The notes beneath the pieces were generated by a model that saw only the letters and a program-made list of their open reading frames with translations, made no database searches and was not told the DNA's origin. Made by a program: the position numbers and the translations under genes. From Balanoglossus misakiensis (lineage: Eukaryota; Animalia; Hemichordata): a DNA stretch of 64,000 bases. Shown here in pieces: positions 50,953 to 64,000 of the stretch. Each line of letters starts with the position of its first letter. The stretch's first letter is position 1. The stretch covers positions 4,946,509 to 5,010,508 of the forward strand of contig CM082586.2 of the NCBI GenBank assembly GCA_040954595.2, written 5' to 3'.

Positions 50953-53684
50953 TCAGGGTTCTTCTTTAAGCCAGTGTGTCATATAGGTTTCAAAATGCAG
51001 CTATAGAATTCGTCCGTGCTTAGCACTTGAAACTGATAGTTTCTTTTCAAAGATGGCTTTGATTTGAGGTTGCCTGTAGCAACCACTGGCACTCTAGAAG
51101 TACCACAAAAAAATTTTCTTATCACACAACGACTTCCTTGCTATTATCTGAAATACACAATTTTTATAAGTATGTTACTTTTTAATTTCTGCATGTAAAT
51201 TATCAGTTTCTATGGGAATGAATGTTAATTTTCTCAGTCTTTTAGACAACATATTTGACCGTGAAGCTGAACAGTAGTATCAGATCTCAGATACATGTAT
51301 TTTTATTTAACAGAGTTTGACCCTATGGTGAAGTGGACTTCTGTCACATTTTCTTCACAAAATGCAATTCCATATTTATGGATCATTTTATCTAACAGAA
51401 CATTGCATGTGTTTTTTCCACCAGTATTTTGATGTGAAATAAAATTGGGGTGTTCTATTTTTGTATTTTATTTTGATCACTACCGGCGCGGTAGGTTGTT
51501 GCTGGTTGTTTTGGGGTGGGGTGGGCATTAAAACTATTTTTATTTCTCATCTTATTTTTTCTCAAATATATTTTTATAGATATCATGCAAATGGTACAAA
51601 AATACTCTATTTTTCTACATCTTGGTAAAACAAATAAAGCTTATTTTGATGTCTTCTGGAACTGTTGTAATGCATGCTCAATCAATCCTTGTCATGAAAA
51701 GATTTTTCAGTTTCTGGTTGCCCAATATTTTCTTGAAGATTTAGACAGGGTCTTTGCATGTACATGTACTACTGGTGTTTAAATTTCTATCTGCAAGCAA
51801 CAACATGTATTTGATTTTGGTACCAATCAGTGCCGGTGTAATTTCAGCATGAACTATATTCTGATCCCAGGGAATTGCTTTCTTTGAATAATGAATTATG
51901 TTCACATACTACTGGTATATATATATCAAGTGAAATGCCTTTTTATGTAAACATAACTGAATTTTCCGGTATTAAATAAATGTATACGGATATGAAGATT
52001 GTGGTATAGTCGGGGATGTTTAAATGGTGAAATGAGTGTCAATGCTCAATGGTAGACAATAAATGTGTATCTATTAGTTTTCCCCTGAAATTTATATAGT
52101 GTATTAATATATAGAGTGCTGGCTGATTTGCATAACAATAGAAACAATTTACATGTTCTGGCAAAATTAAGAGTGGCCACCTTGCTTCCATTGCTATGAA
52201 AAGAAAATGCATATCACTAACTCAAATATACACATTTTATCACAGACTCAGCGATATAGATGAATATTTTATTTCAAATCTTGCATCATTCTCTGAAATG
52301 CAATGAGCAAACACACGCTGCTCTCTCAATAGTTTCAATGTCAGAAATTACAAAAGACATCCGCAAAAGATCGGTGCCACTCTTTCAGAAGGCCAAAACT
52401 ATGCTACAGATATTTCAGTAATTTTCTACTCCTTGCGAGATCTCGCGAGACTTGGTTAATTACCGTAGCGACGGGTTGCTAGCCAAGTAGTAAAAGACAG
52501 AGCAAACCAGCCGAAAAAATTGACGAGTTTCTCTGCTTTGAAGCAAAAATTGACAAACAGTTGGGACATGCAGACATGTTGGTTCGACTGCTGCCATAGC
52601 GAGTTACCAAAATTGTTCATGTTTCACATCACAACTGTTGGGTTTGCTAAATTATGCAAAAACTGGCCGGTCACATGTCTGCTTGTAGCCAATCAGTAAT
52701 GCCTACTTGGGAAAATCTATCGAATGCCTGCCATTATCCCTTCAGAGCCTTACGAGGATTCCACCACCTATAAACAACCTGGTTCGGCCCCTACGCACAA
52801 CTTACTGACACTTGGCAATTTTTAATTGGAGTCTCGCAGCAAAAGCACCGTTTAGAAATAAACACGAAAATATATATGTACAGCGATAATGATAATGACA
52901 GTGGCATCACCAGTGTGCTGGAACACACAAGGGTACGCCAAGATGCACTTAAAAACAATTAAAAAAGCAAAGCAGAACTTCAATAGTTTTTCGTCATCAA
53001 TGAACTGACACAAAGGCTATTCAGGAAAATCTCCAAAGCCTTTGACCACCCCCCACCCCTCTAACACTGAGGTGTACATTTGGCCTGAATGGGTCTTGTG
53101 TATGGGGGTATGCAACCTTGTAAGAGCATATACCCGGTACTCCAGCAGGTATAGAAGCTTACTATACCGATATTTATCAATACCGTCCCTCTTGAAGGAC
53201 TGTGGTATCAACCTGTCTTTCAACAATTACAAAACCTCCACAGGTTGTCGGACCTTGGCTACAGATTTCTCAATCTGACTACGAACTTGGTGAAACTAAC
53301 TCGGAGCAAAAGTGCTTCGGAGCACATTTTAAGCAAATGGGCCACTTCTCAAGCCTAAACACATGACCCCATGAACCAGTAATGCATTGCCAGTTTCTGC
53401 TTTTAAAGCAAATCAAGACAAACAGATTCCAATTTAACTCTACAAATCTGAGTGGTACAAACTCTACCTGATCCACTACTATGTATAGTGTCTGTGACAT
53501 ACCATCTATAACTTATTACAGATTCTAAAGACAGTCATACTGGCCTGATAGATAACTAGAGTCGACAACTCTACAATTTGAATGAAAAGATGCCCTGATT
53601 ACATCATTTCATTCATCATAACATGAAAATACCATTTACCCAGCCATTCAGCGTGGGAGCATTTTCAGAGCCCCTCATTAAAAT

Positions 53685-56600
53685 TCAGGCAAACCGAAAC
53701 TGTTCTTCAACTGTTCTTCCGACCCCACCAGTCGCAAAAAAACTTCTCTGAGCAGTTACTTTCTCTGCGATGCCAGTCTGTAAACTGGTCTCCACCATAT
53801 CCATGAATGCTGAGGTATTGAGATTTGACCTGTGGAGGATATCCTGCCTAATGTAACGATAAGATCTTGAATCCATGACAGAAGTTGCCTGAACCGGTTG
53901 AGTGCGGAGTGGTGGCCAATACAGGTGTGTGGTCTGTGCTGGAGTCTACAATTGGTCCATATGCGCTGAATACTGATGAAAACTTAAAAATCTGGGCTGG
54001 GATTCTTAAATACATCTATATGTAGTTGTTGGTGTGTGCAATCACAAATGAAACAGCAGTCACTAAGACTGATCGTAGAGCCACTTCAGACGGGTCGCGA
54101 CTGGGCGTAGCTCACCACGTTCCTGATCTGCATCGTCCCACTGGGAACGCTCTGCACCTGGGCCGGCATGACAATCTGCGCCCTCATCCCCTGGGGGGCC
54201 TGCGTCACCATGCCCCCCTGGGGTCGGAGCACCGGGTAGGTGCCCTGCTGCATGATGGGGCGCGGCTGGACTATGGTTGCCGTCGGCGCCCGGGTGAGGG
54301 TGTTCATGGGCGCGAGGACCGTGCTGTAGCTCTGCACGGGGGGTGCCACCTGCGCCTGCATGACGACTTGTCGCGGCGGCGGTTGCCCCCCTGTCGTCTG
54401 CTGCAGCACCGGCTGCCGGACGTACTGCACCTGCATCGGCTGCGTCACCACCACCGGGATGGGATCGCCAGGTTTCTTGCTGTCCGACGGCGACTGTTGG
54501 ATACTTACAGCCGTCCGCACCTGCAGTAAAATATTGAAATTTTCAATGAGAGTTTTTGTTCAAGTGACATCCATTTTTGGGTATAATTAACGAATCCCAT
54601 TATGCACGATCTAATGGTGGCCAAGTCATTTCTACATTAACTCGCAAATTACCCAAACAGATATCTCTACCGCTCATGTCAGCTTATTGGTTGAATAACA
54701 TTATGCGTTTTGCACACTGCATACCTGATTGTCTATGTTCACTCCATCTGATTGGTCAGTGGAATCTTGTGAGGCTGTCCCTGGTGCTGACTGTGCACAG
54801 GAGTTCATGTGTTCTGGCCAATGGGTCTGTTGACAAGGGTAGTCACAGTAACTGGTGTTCCAACAACAGAAGAAAATTGCCTCTTTGCCACAGTTAGCAC
54901 ACTGTGAAGAGTGATTGAAAATCCATGAGTGTCATTCTGCCTGCATGAATGCATGCATACATACACACAGACAGACAGACAGACATACATACATACATAC
55001 ACACACATACATACATACATACATACATACATACATACATACATACATACATACATACATACATACATACATACATACATACATACATACATACATACAT
55101 ACATAATGTATATGTGCGTACACTCACACTCACACACACAGACACACACAGCAGGTACTCCATTTAACAATAAGAACTGAGAACAGATTTCTATACCCAT
55201 TGTTTTTTCTTGGTTTCGTTGATTGCTGCCTGTTTCTCGGTGCTGAACTCTTTCTTCAAGTCGGCCAGGGCGTTGGTCTTCTCTCTCAGCAGACTGAGTC
55301 TCATCTCTGCCACTGTCAATTCTGAAAGCAACATTGGACAGAAGTGTTCAGTGAAATCTGTCTAGAAAGATGCTGTGCTTGTGTCAGACAGTAGATTTGC
55401 ATTTATAATTGATGCATCATCATCATCACCATCATACTGTAAAGTTCGTAGGACAAATATGTACCGTAGTATTTACAAGTTGCAAAGACTATCACAAAAT
55501 GGTACAGATAATGAACAAAACACACAGATCAAAAACAAGTGCGTGATAGACAGATACCATGGATTCCAGCAAAAAAAAGATCAGGAAGTGATGTCAGGTG
55601 CTTTGAAAATAGTAAGCCTACCCTGCCCCTCATCATGATTGACAATACAGAATTTTCATGTACCTGCATTGTGCCGAAGTTCTGCCAGCTCTTGTTGGTG
55701 TTTCCACTGCAGAATATCCATGTCTACTTTGAGTTTCTTCACAGTTGACGACGTTAAGTCGTCCGTTGCTGTGGCACCCACATTTCGGCCCTTCTCCAGA
55801 ACATCTTTGTAAAAATCTTGAAACGTTCTTTCGACGTGCTGCATAATCTGATTGGTGGCAGAAATTAAAACAACCTGTCATTGGAAGAGGCCGACCAATC
55901 ACACACCTTCTCTTAGAAATTGACAGGTATTCCTACTTAATCTGTAGCCAATCACCAATTATTTTAGTACATTAAATTACGGATACCACTGTTCGTCTAT
56001 CATACATGTTAAGTTGACCTTTAAGGCACAGTGTATTGGCATTTTTTGCATGTCAGGAAAGTAACAATTGTCTCACCTTTGTTGTGTATTTTTGGATGGG
56101 CACTGGTGATGAAGGAGGAATGCTTTTGTCGGGAATTGTGAGCTTAGTGTCTGTGCTTCCCACGACAGACATCTCTCCGGGACTCGGCTCCGGTGACGTC
56201 TTCGGGGACGCGACAGAACTGCCGCCGTCTTGCGATTGAGTTGTTGTGCCGATGGGTACTGCGGCGGCCGCTCTCTGCGCAGCCTTCTCCGCCAGACGCG
56301 CCGAGAACTTCACCGGCTGCAGATTCGGCGGTGTAGTCGAGGCCCTCGGCGACCCGGCTGGTGTGTTGAGGTTGCTGCTTGTGGTCGGGCTGTTGTCTTT
56401 GTTGTCCGGGGTAACTGCCGGCTGCTTGGTCGGCGTCGGAGCTCCCACCACACTTTCAGTCGTCTGGGATTCAGTTTCAGGGACGCTTTTGTCCAGCGCC
56501 GGTTGTCTCACACTCATGCTTTCTTCTGCTGTGGGAGTCTTCACAGGTGTGGTGGTGTCCTTCGACACACTGTCATTGACATCGCTGATGTCCATGTCAG

Positions 56601-59600
56601 CGACCTCTGACTCCTGATCTTTGACACCTGAACTGGGTGATTTTGTCGCCGGGCTATCGTCTGGTGATGTCGATGCTGGTGGAGGCGTTTCTTCTGTCTT
56701 AACTGGGGCAGTTTCTGCCTCTCTTGTTTCAACATTCTCGCTTTTTATCTCTTCAGCCGGCTTTTCGCCGGTTTGTTCATTGTCACTGTGATTAGCACCG
56801 CTTTCATTGACCTCTTCCTCTGCACCGTCTTTACTGGCGACATCGGAGCCCTTTTCCTCCACGTCGCCAACATCGGCCATTTCCTGATCGCTCTCCCTGC
56901 CCTCCTCGCTTCCCCTCGCCGCACTCCCCTCCACCTCTTCCTCCATCGCATCATCCGAGCTGTCGTCGTCGTCGCTGTTGTTGCTAAGCGACGCGGCGTC
57001 CGACTCGGACTCCCCATCCTTCTCCGGCTCCTCCATCTCCTCCAGGTGGTCGATCTGCTTCAGCCCCAGCGAGGCCTTGCACGACTCGATCGTCTTGTCC
57101 AGGTGGATCTTGAACTTGTCGGTCGACGGCGTGGACCTGTTCGACGGCGGCGTGACCGGGTTCGTGGGTTCCGGCGAGCGTTGGGACGTGGCTTCCTCCA
57201 GATTCTCCAGACTTGGCAGTTTCGTCGGCAAAATAGACGGGGTACTCAGTTTATCTTTCTTCACTTCCTGTTTCTCCGGAGTTTGCGTCAAGTCTTTCGG
57301 ACGACCGCCGTTCGCACTTTCGCTTGACTTCGCACACACATTCTCTTTGTGGGTCTCAGGGCTTTCATCGCCAGACCTCGCATCCTGTCCTCTTTGTTCA
57401 CTCTGGCTCTCAGCATCCACCTTACAAGTGTTTTCATCTTCATCTTTGGCAGTGTCCTTCTTTGCCTTTGCCTGCTTCTCGGCAGACGGCTTATCATCAT
57501 CGCCGCTGATTTCAAAAATCCCCGCCGGCACCTTCTTCTCCGACAAAGCGTCATCACCCAAAACCTCAGTCTCTCTACTCACTGCGGCCAAAGTCTCCGC
57601 CTTTTCCTGACAATCCGGAGAAGCCGACTTGACCACACCGCCTCCGATCTTCAATTTCAAAAGCCCAGTTTTCATGGGTGTTTCTGAATCAAGGCAAGGC
57701 TGGCTTTTATCGTCCGCTTTATTGACAATCTTCATCGCATCAAAGATATTCCTCGACTTACCGCACAAATGTTTATCAGATTTGTCCACTGTTGTTTGCT
57801 TCTCCCCCTCTTTTTGAGTACCATCACCGGGGACGACGGTATCCATGCTCTCTTGACAAGCGCCCTCCAGAGTCAAAGTCGGCATTCCCGCTTCCTTCTT
57901 GATTCGTATTTTAATTTTCCCCACCTTTTTGGGGGTGGCGTTCGATGATGCGTTCGCGGTGGGACTGTTCACGCCGTTCGGAATCTCACTCCCCTGATCC
58001 TGCTGCTGCATGCCCGCCTTCAGGTGATTATGGTTGTACGCGCTCCCGGGGTCAAAGGGCGACCGGTAGGGGGCGTACGTCCAACGTCCGTGCCGCCGGC
58101 GGATGTTCTCAATATGCAGCTCCATCTCTTGCATGGCGTTCTCAAACGCCCCTTTCCTCTTCTTGATCGGGAACGGGATCTCCTGCGACATCATGTAGCA
58201 GTTTGAGGCAGGCACCCATGCTCTGAAAACGTGATACAAGGAAATAACAACACTTGTAACCCTGAGGCTGAAGTCAAATCTGCAGTTTCCAGTCTTACTA
58301 TTATAGGCAATCCCAAAATACTACATGGGACTAAGTAGTGGATCGTGACCAGACTGATGAAAAACTGTTGATTGTGAGGGCATTAAACCTCATATAATTA
58401 AGATTTTCTTAAAACTTTTTACCAGAACGAGTAAAATCTTTATCATTAAAACCCACCTGTCATGTTGTCCAAAGAAGCGAACATCCACCTGTCCATCAAC
58501 TTGCCTCAATGCCTGTAACAATTAATCAAAGGCCATAAACACGTTACACTAATGATACGCACTTCTCCCTAACAAAACATATTTCAAGATATATATAAAA
58601 ATGACTGAGATATCGTATGTTCATCACCACCATACAAAACTCAAACAAGCTGTATATCCATCTTATCAGCATAATTTCGTCCAAACCCTTTGTTTTCTAC
58701 ATTGCATTTGGATCTAATAATTTATGCAGAATTCAATGTAACTTGTATCTCACCTTTGCTGGCCAGAAGGGGAATCCTTTTAACTTTGCCCAAACCAACT
58801 TGTGTGGTTCTCTCTGAAAAACAAAGAAGCAAAAGATGTATGCTTTGAGTAGTGGCCATGATATTGATGTCCAGGACCTTGAAACTGAATAAATAGTGTA
58901 AATAGTGTACGATTGGACTGGGTCACAATATGACATCACAGAGGACCTGGAATCTGAATACTCCAGCACTTGATTAGGATGCATTGGAATATACCCCATT
59001 CAGAGCCCTGGTTCTTATTGATGCAACACTTCCAAATCTCTGAGCTTCATGTTGATAGAACTTTCACTTACACATGGCTCACAGAAGTAGTTTTCTTTCT
59101 TCATACAGGATGAAAGATAGCAGTCAGGGCAGATTTCTATTTCACTCATCTGAAAGCAGAATATGATAGATTTCTGTTACAAATGTATCAGGAAATAGAC
59201 TATTGGTAGAACTTTCTCGTGCCTTGTCATGAACAGAATTCAAGCATTATCTTAATGTAACTGCTTGTTACCCATTTTTTATCAATTCTCACCTCATGTT
59301 CACATATCCTGACTATCATCCGTGCACTAGACGACAGTTTGTGATTTGCTGAAATAAGAAAACACAGCATGTCAATTTTAAAACACGTTTATTTCTTATC
59401 CTAATACAAAAAACATCAAACCAGACAGCAACAATAGGGATTGAGAGAGACGTTTATGTCTGACAGACACAGAAAACTCACCTCCATTGTACAGGATACA
59501 ATTATGTAGGATCCACTTTGTGTCAGCCAGAAAGGCTTCTGTGCAGCCGTATACTTTCTTGCTAATGTTCTGCAATGTCAAATCAGATAATGGGGATATC

Positions 59601-62013
59601 ATGTCTTATTTCAAGGTAATCTTGGTATCAGATTTACATGTAAGGACATAATAACTGCAGTTTAAAACAAAATGGCGTCTATGCATATTCATGACACATG
59701 TGAAATCTATGGAGAACATCCTTCATTAGACGCCATCTTGTTCTCGGTGATAATGAACTGTAATTGTACCCATGTAACTGACACACAATATAACCCCATC
59801 GTATAGGCTACCAATGACATATACACAGACAATAAGATTCAGTCTGGCCATCATTACCTTTTCTAAAGTGCTCAGGTCCATCGGATGGAACACGTACTCC
59901 ATATAATTTGGATGCTGCTCCAGCTGCACTGGCTTCTGAAATAGTTCAGTCTGTTCATTATGCAACAGAAAAAAAGACAGAGCAAACTTACAAATTCCAG
60001 GCATTTGCAGTTTGGCATAAATCTGGAAAGTCACACTCTATTACCATTACAGACACTATGATCCTGGACATCTGACATTACACATTAACAGGATAATTGT
60101 ACCAACATAAAAAACAAATAAAACATTAATTATTTAATATGACATTAAGATAAAAATAATCACTTATAATTGAAAGTAATATTTCTTTAACGGTACACTC
60201 CAGATGACAGCATCGACCAAAAGTGTCATTATGAACATTCAGGTCATTCTGACATTTCTGGGTTGTGGGATGCCCAGGGTAATCTTGACAGACAGACAGA
60301 CAGACAGACAGACACTCACCATCACACAATGTGCGAAATACAACATGTGGGTACATAGACATCCATGAGTACATAGCTGAGTACTTAACCATAATTGTTA
60401 CAGGGCTTACCATTGGTATATGAACATAGTAACATTAGGAGGCAACAGCCATTTTTTTTTCATTACAAAACATTAGTAAAACACTGAGAACTATATACAG
60501 ACACACACCCTGATAGACAGATAGCAATACAGACAGACACAGACTGCACCACTTACCCCACTGTGTTTCATTCTTTGCAGTGCGTACATGAGAAGTCGAC
60601 AGAAATGGTCCAGTGTCAGTTTGGACATGGCACTCGACTGTGTGTCCACACATTCTGCTTGGGTTATTTTCTGAAACAGAACAGGGCACAGGGAAATTTC
60701 GATAGCTGATTCAGTAGAGAAGAAAAGCTTGTTACAGGCCATAGTGGACTTCAATCAAGAAATTTAATTAGGGTGTGAGAAGGAATATAAATCAAGCACC
60801 GAAACTGATATCACGAATTTCAGATTCTTTTTATGGTTCATACATGTTTCGATTGATCTATGCAAATTTTGGTGGAAAGACTTCTTCTCTCTTGACTGCA
60901 GACATAACAATGTGATAACCTTCACGTGTTTGTTGCAAAAACAATGTCACCTTATTGAGGGTATCACAGAAACTGGAGCTGGGTTTTCATGGCTGTACAT
61001 GATTGTAAGTTGACATCGAAGGGGCCTGAGGGTTTGGGGTTTTCACGGAAACCAGGGCTGGGATGTAACTATGGGGGCCATGACTTAGGGTTTATGTGAG
61101 CAGATTTTCGATGTCGTTACCTCACACTCCGGACAGAACCAGTCTCCCTCGGGCTCAGCGTCCAGTTTGACACACCGGACGTGGTACACGCGCGGGCACA
61201 CCTCACAACATATGACCGAGCCCTCTCTGTGGCAGATCCAACAGTAGAAATCATTGCGAGAGTCCTTCAATAAAACATAACAAAACAAACAAAAGACATC
61301 AGCTAATGTGAATTTTCTAAATACACTACCAATGACACTGCAGTCTGCACCTGAATGAGTTTTGCTTCTTTTTATCCTTCCACCCCCCCCCCCCCCACCC
61401 CCCATCCTCTCAATAAAGGTCGCATTTAACCATAGAAAACAATATATTTGGACCAAACCATGGTGGTGAAAGGGGTTAAGGATTTCAATGCAATTACAGT
61501 GATGGAAATTCAAAACCCACTTCTGTTGTCATTCTATGGCATCTGTGACTTACCATTTCTCGTATTGCTTTCGGTATTGGATTTTTCCTCTTCTTGTGGG
61601 TGGGTGAGGGGTGGTCTTCTTTCTCATCTTTGCTGCTGGAGCTTGGAGTTGGACTCGCCAACTTTCTTTTGGGGGGAGCTTTGTTCACGCTCTCTGTGTG
61701 GAGTCAAACAGTGTGACATTAAAGCATGTCTGTTGACTTCGATTTATGCCCCTACTCTCTAATACAGAGAGCAGTACATGTAAATTATGCGGAAAAATGA
61801 ATATCATGATGTCTCATATCTGAACTCAAGTCTGGTTTTGACCACATAATCTACTCGAAAAACATGCAAAATCAGTAAATCACAAGATCAGTAAACCATC
61901 TGTAAAAAAAGGCTCGGTAAATCAAATCAAAATCATTACCTTTGGGTCGATTTGCATGTTGAGATGATTCCATTTTCTCCGGGGAGATGAGGCTCAGGGG
62001 TTCTTTTTTGATC
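53685..62013 (-). CDS. ZMYND8: ZMYND8/PRKCBP1 (RACK7) chromatin reader (PHD-Bromo-PWWP, coiled coil, MYND); first coding exon not identified, last exon tentative
   Basis: Exons 61940-62013 (IKKEP...) and 61555-61693 (KRKLASP); [29 protein letters not shown] (~61121-61266); bromodomain [13 protein letters not shown] and [23 protein letters not shown]; [27 protein letters not shown] and AWVP; large exon ~56098-58222; [14 protein letters not shown]; [10 protein letters not shown]; [35 protein letters not shown] (54725-54901); Q/P-rich exon 54116-54520. Confidence 0.93.
54956..55150. repeat. Compound (TACA)n/(CAGA)n/(CA)n microsatellite
   Basis: More than 20 perfect ATAC units in a ZMYND8 intron. 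Confidence 0.95.
61371..61479. mobile_element. MITE-like family copy with an expanded poly-C tract
   Basis: TTTATCCTTCCACCCCC(C-run)...AAGGTC...CCATAGAAAACAATATATTTGGACCAAACCATGGTGGTGAAAGGGGTTAA. Confidence 0.6.
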
Positions 62014-62499
62014 CTGAAAAAAATAATAGAAACCAAAATATGTCAGTGTCAGATGTGATGTGTAATTATTCCATTAGAAGACTCGATGCAATCAGCACCT
62101 ACGCCAATCACAAAATAGAAGACACTGCAAACTGGTTAAAATAAAACACTGCTGCAGTATGTTAATTTTTTTCAAGGCAATTTTATAATTTAATAGACAT
62201 CATGTGATTTTGCTTTTAGAATGAAATTTGTTCATTTAATTGTGAGATGTGCACATAAATACAAAAAATATTTCCCACTGACAGTGAAAGATTTGAATAA
62301 GCAAGACACATGTATACTGGCAGTCATGTGTAATTGATTATTGAAGATGGCTGTATCTGAAAAATTATGGAATATCAGTCACTCTTTTACAGGTTTCTTA
62401 ATTTTGCTGAAAATTAGGGTTTGGGGAGAACTTGTACAGGATCAGAGGTACTTAACCCGTTCCCAAGAAAATGACTGATTTCTGGGTTCAGACAAAGTT

Positions 62500-62870
62500 C
62501 ACTATCTGTGACGTCAGATAACATAGATTCAATTTCCCAGAATACTGGGAATTTCCAGCTATGGAATGGGAGTTCTACTCACTCTGCAGGAAGAGAGCTA
62601 ACCAGACGTGTACATTTTTATCTTGGTTTCCTTCACATGGAGGCCACCATCACTTGCAATAAAAAAAGGCTGTCTAGAAACTATGCATGCATCCACTGAA
62701 TGCACAGTGGGCGGAGCCTGGTCTGCTCCGCCGGCCTGTCAATCACCCCCACATGTCTGCCAGAAGCTGTCCCGATTGGCTGTTGGCCGGGGATTTACAT
62801 GTAGTTGCAGAGGCTTGAAGACAACACTGGAATTAACATGGCGGCCCAGGAAATGGGCGAATGAAATTCA
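62500..62870. promoter_or_regulatory. Promoter-like motif cluster upstream of the identified ZMYND8 exons
   Basis: CRE TGACGTCA (62509), GC-box GGGCGGAGC (~62709), reverse CCAAT GATTGG (~62774), YY1-like AACATGGCGG (~62835). Confidence 0.35.
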
Positions 62871-64000
62871 CTACTTCCACGGTTTTGTCGCGATCAATCA
62901 CACAACCACTACTATTAACCATGTGGTGCCATCAAAAATAACACGACACACACAATAAAGATGTTAACTGAAAGTTGAAACCAATATTAACACCCTGCAT
63001 TTTCTCACAAATTATTGTGCAGATATGGACCACACCAAGGTCACACAGGTCGTGCTTTACTCTAGGGTTTTTGATCGCCACGACGACGACAATGCAGAAC
63101 TTAATATCGCTGGCATTGTGTAATGGAGGATTAAACCCTAAACCTTTTGTGCTCCTAATTTTTCTGACGCAGAGCAACCTCTACAGTGTGCACAGATTTG
63201 CAGACAAAATGAAAATGGGGAAATACTCCATTACAGTCTGTGTACCGTACATAATCATGCAGTGTGCCCTTAACAGAACTGATAGCTTTGAGTTATCAAT
63301 GCTGACATGGGCACCCAAGATTTTCACACACAAATGTCTGACATCAACTGTGTTATCTGCCTGAACTGAATTTAGTGACTTATTGACATCTGAAACAGTG
63401 AGACATTCAGTGTCTGACTTCTCATGCTAAACTGTTCTGTTTTGAAAATTTCTGAAGATTTATGAAGTGGTCAGTCTGTGATGGCAGATGGAATTTTCTC
63501 ATGTGACCAGTTAAACTGGGAAATGTACCTCTTCCGTCTCCCTGGGGGCCAATATTTTCCAGCGGCACTTTTGGATACATGGGCATGTCCCGTATTCCAT
63601 AGTGATGTGTGTCATATTAGAAATGATGACTTGTCCATTATGGAATATGATCTGATTATACAATTGTGCTTGGAATATACTTCTAAGTTTGACATAAATA
63701 TGGATGTAGATATCAACTCAAAAGCTAAGTTTGGTGCATGTTTTAGATAGATATCGATCACGAAATCAGACAATCAATGAAATTCATGTTGATCCTGACA
63801 ATACCACCCACCCTTGGAAATCCTTTGTGAGTAAACGGCTCCCCAGTGGATGGGATGGTCGGATGAGCTGTACCACTGGGAATAGAGGGGAGAGTAGGTT
63901 GAAGTTCACATGATGGCTGTCAGACACCCACCCACCTAAGGTATGGCATCAAGACCATCTGTAATGGTTAGCATTGAAGATCTGGAAGTTGTATGCGGGC

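Noticed and set aside
54805-55200. Several ORFs with MYVC/HTYI repeats
   Set aside because: They are translations of the (TACA)n microsatellite in an intron.
56230-57817. Plus-strand ORFs of up to 210 aa
   Set aside because: Antisense to the GC-rich large ZMYND8 exon, with no recognisable domain.

Overview
Gene-dense, intron-rich eukaryotic (animal) genomic DNA. It is most likely from an invertebrate deuterostome such as a hemichordate or echinoderm; this is inferred from gene content and is not proven. Gene order: 3' end of a GATA4/5/6-type transcription factor (+), RIOK3 (-), SNRNP40 (+), CCDC73-like (-), TMEM241/SLC35D4 (+), a membrane-anchored sialidase (+), two tandem single-coding-exon BTB/C2H2 zinc-finger genes (-), an SLC5A5/6/8/12-type sodium:solute symporter (+) and ZMYND8 (-, first exon not located). 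There are no prokaryotic, CRISPR, rRNA or tRNA features. The most notable observations are: (1) the BTB-ZF tandem pair, built from ~214-aa six-finger modules that are homogenised within each gene but variable at the recognition helices, with a +1 frameshift at the start of the second copy; (2) GATA4/5/6-RIOK3-TMEM241 linkage matching human 18q11.2; (3) a dispersed ~90-bp TTAA-bounded MITE-like family; (4) a GATA/Fox site cluster downstream of the GATA gene; (5) a GC-AG intron and an intronic hairpin. All gene identities come from recalled protein motifs, not database searches.
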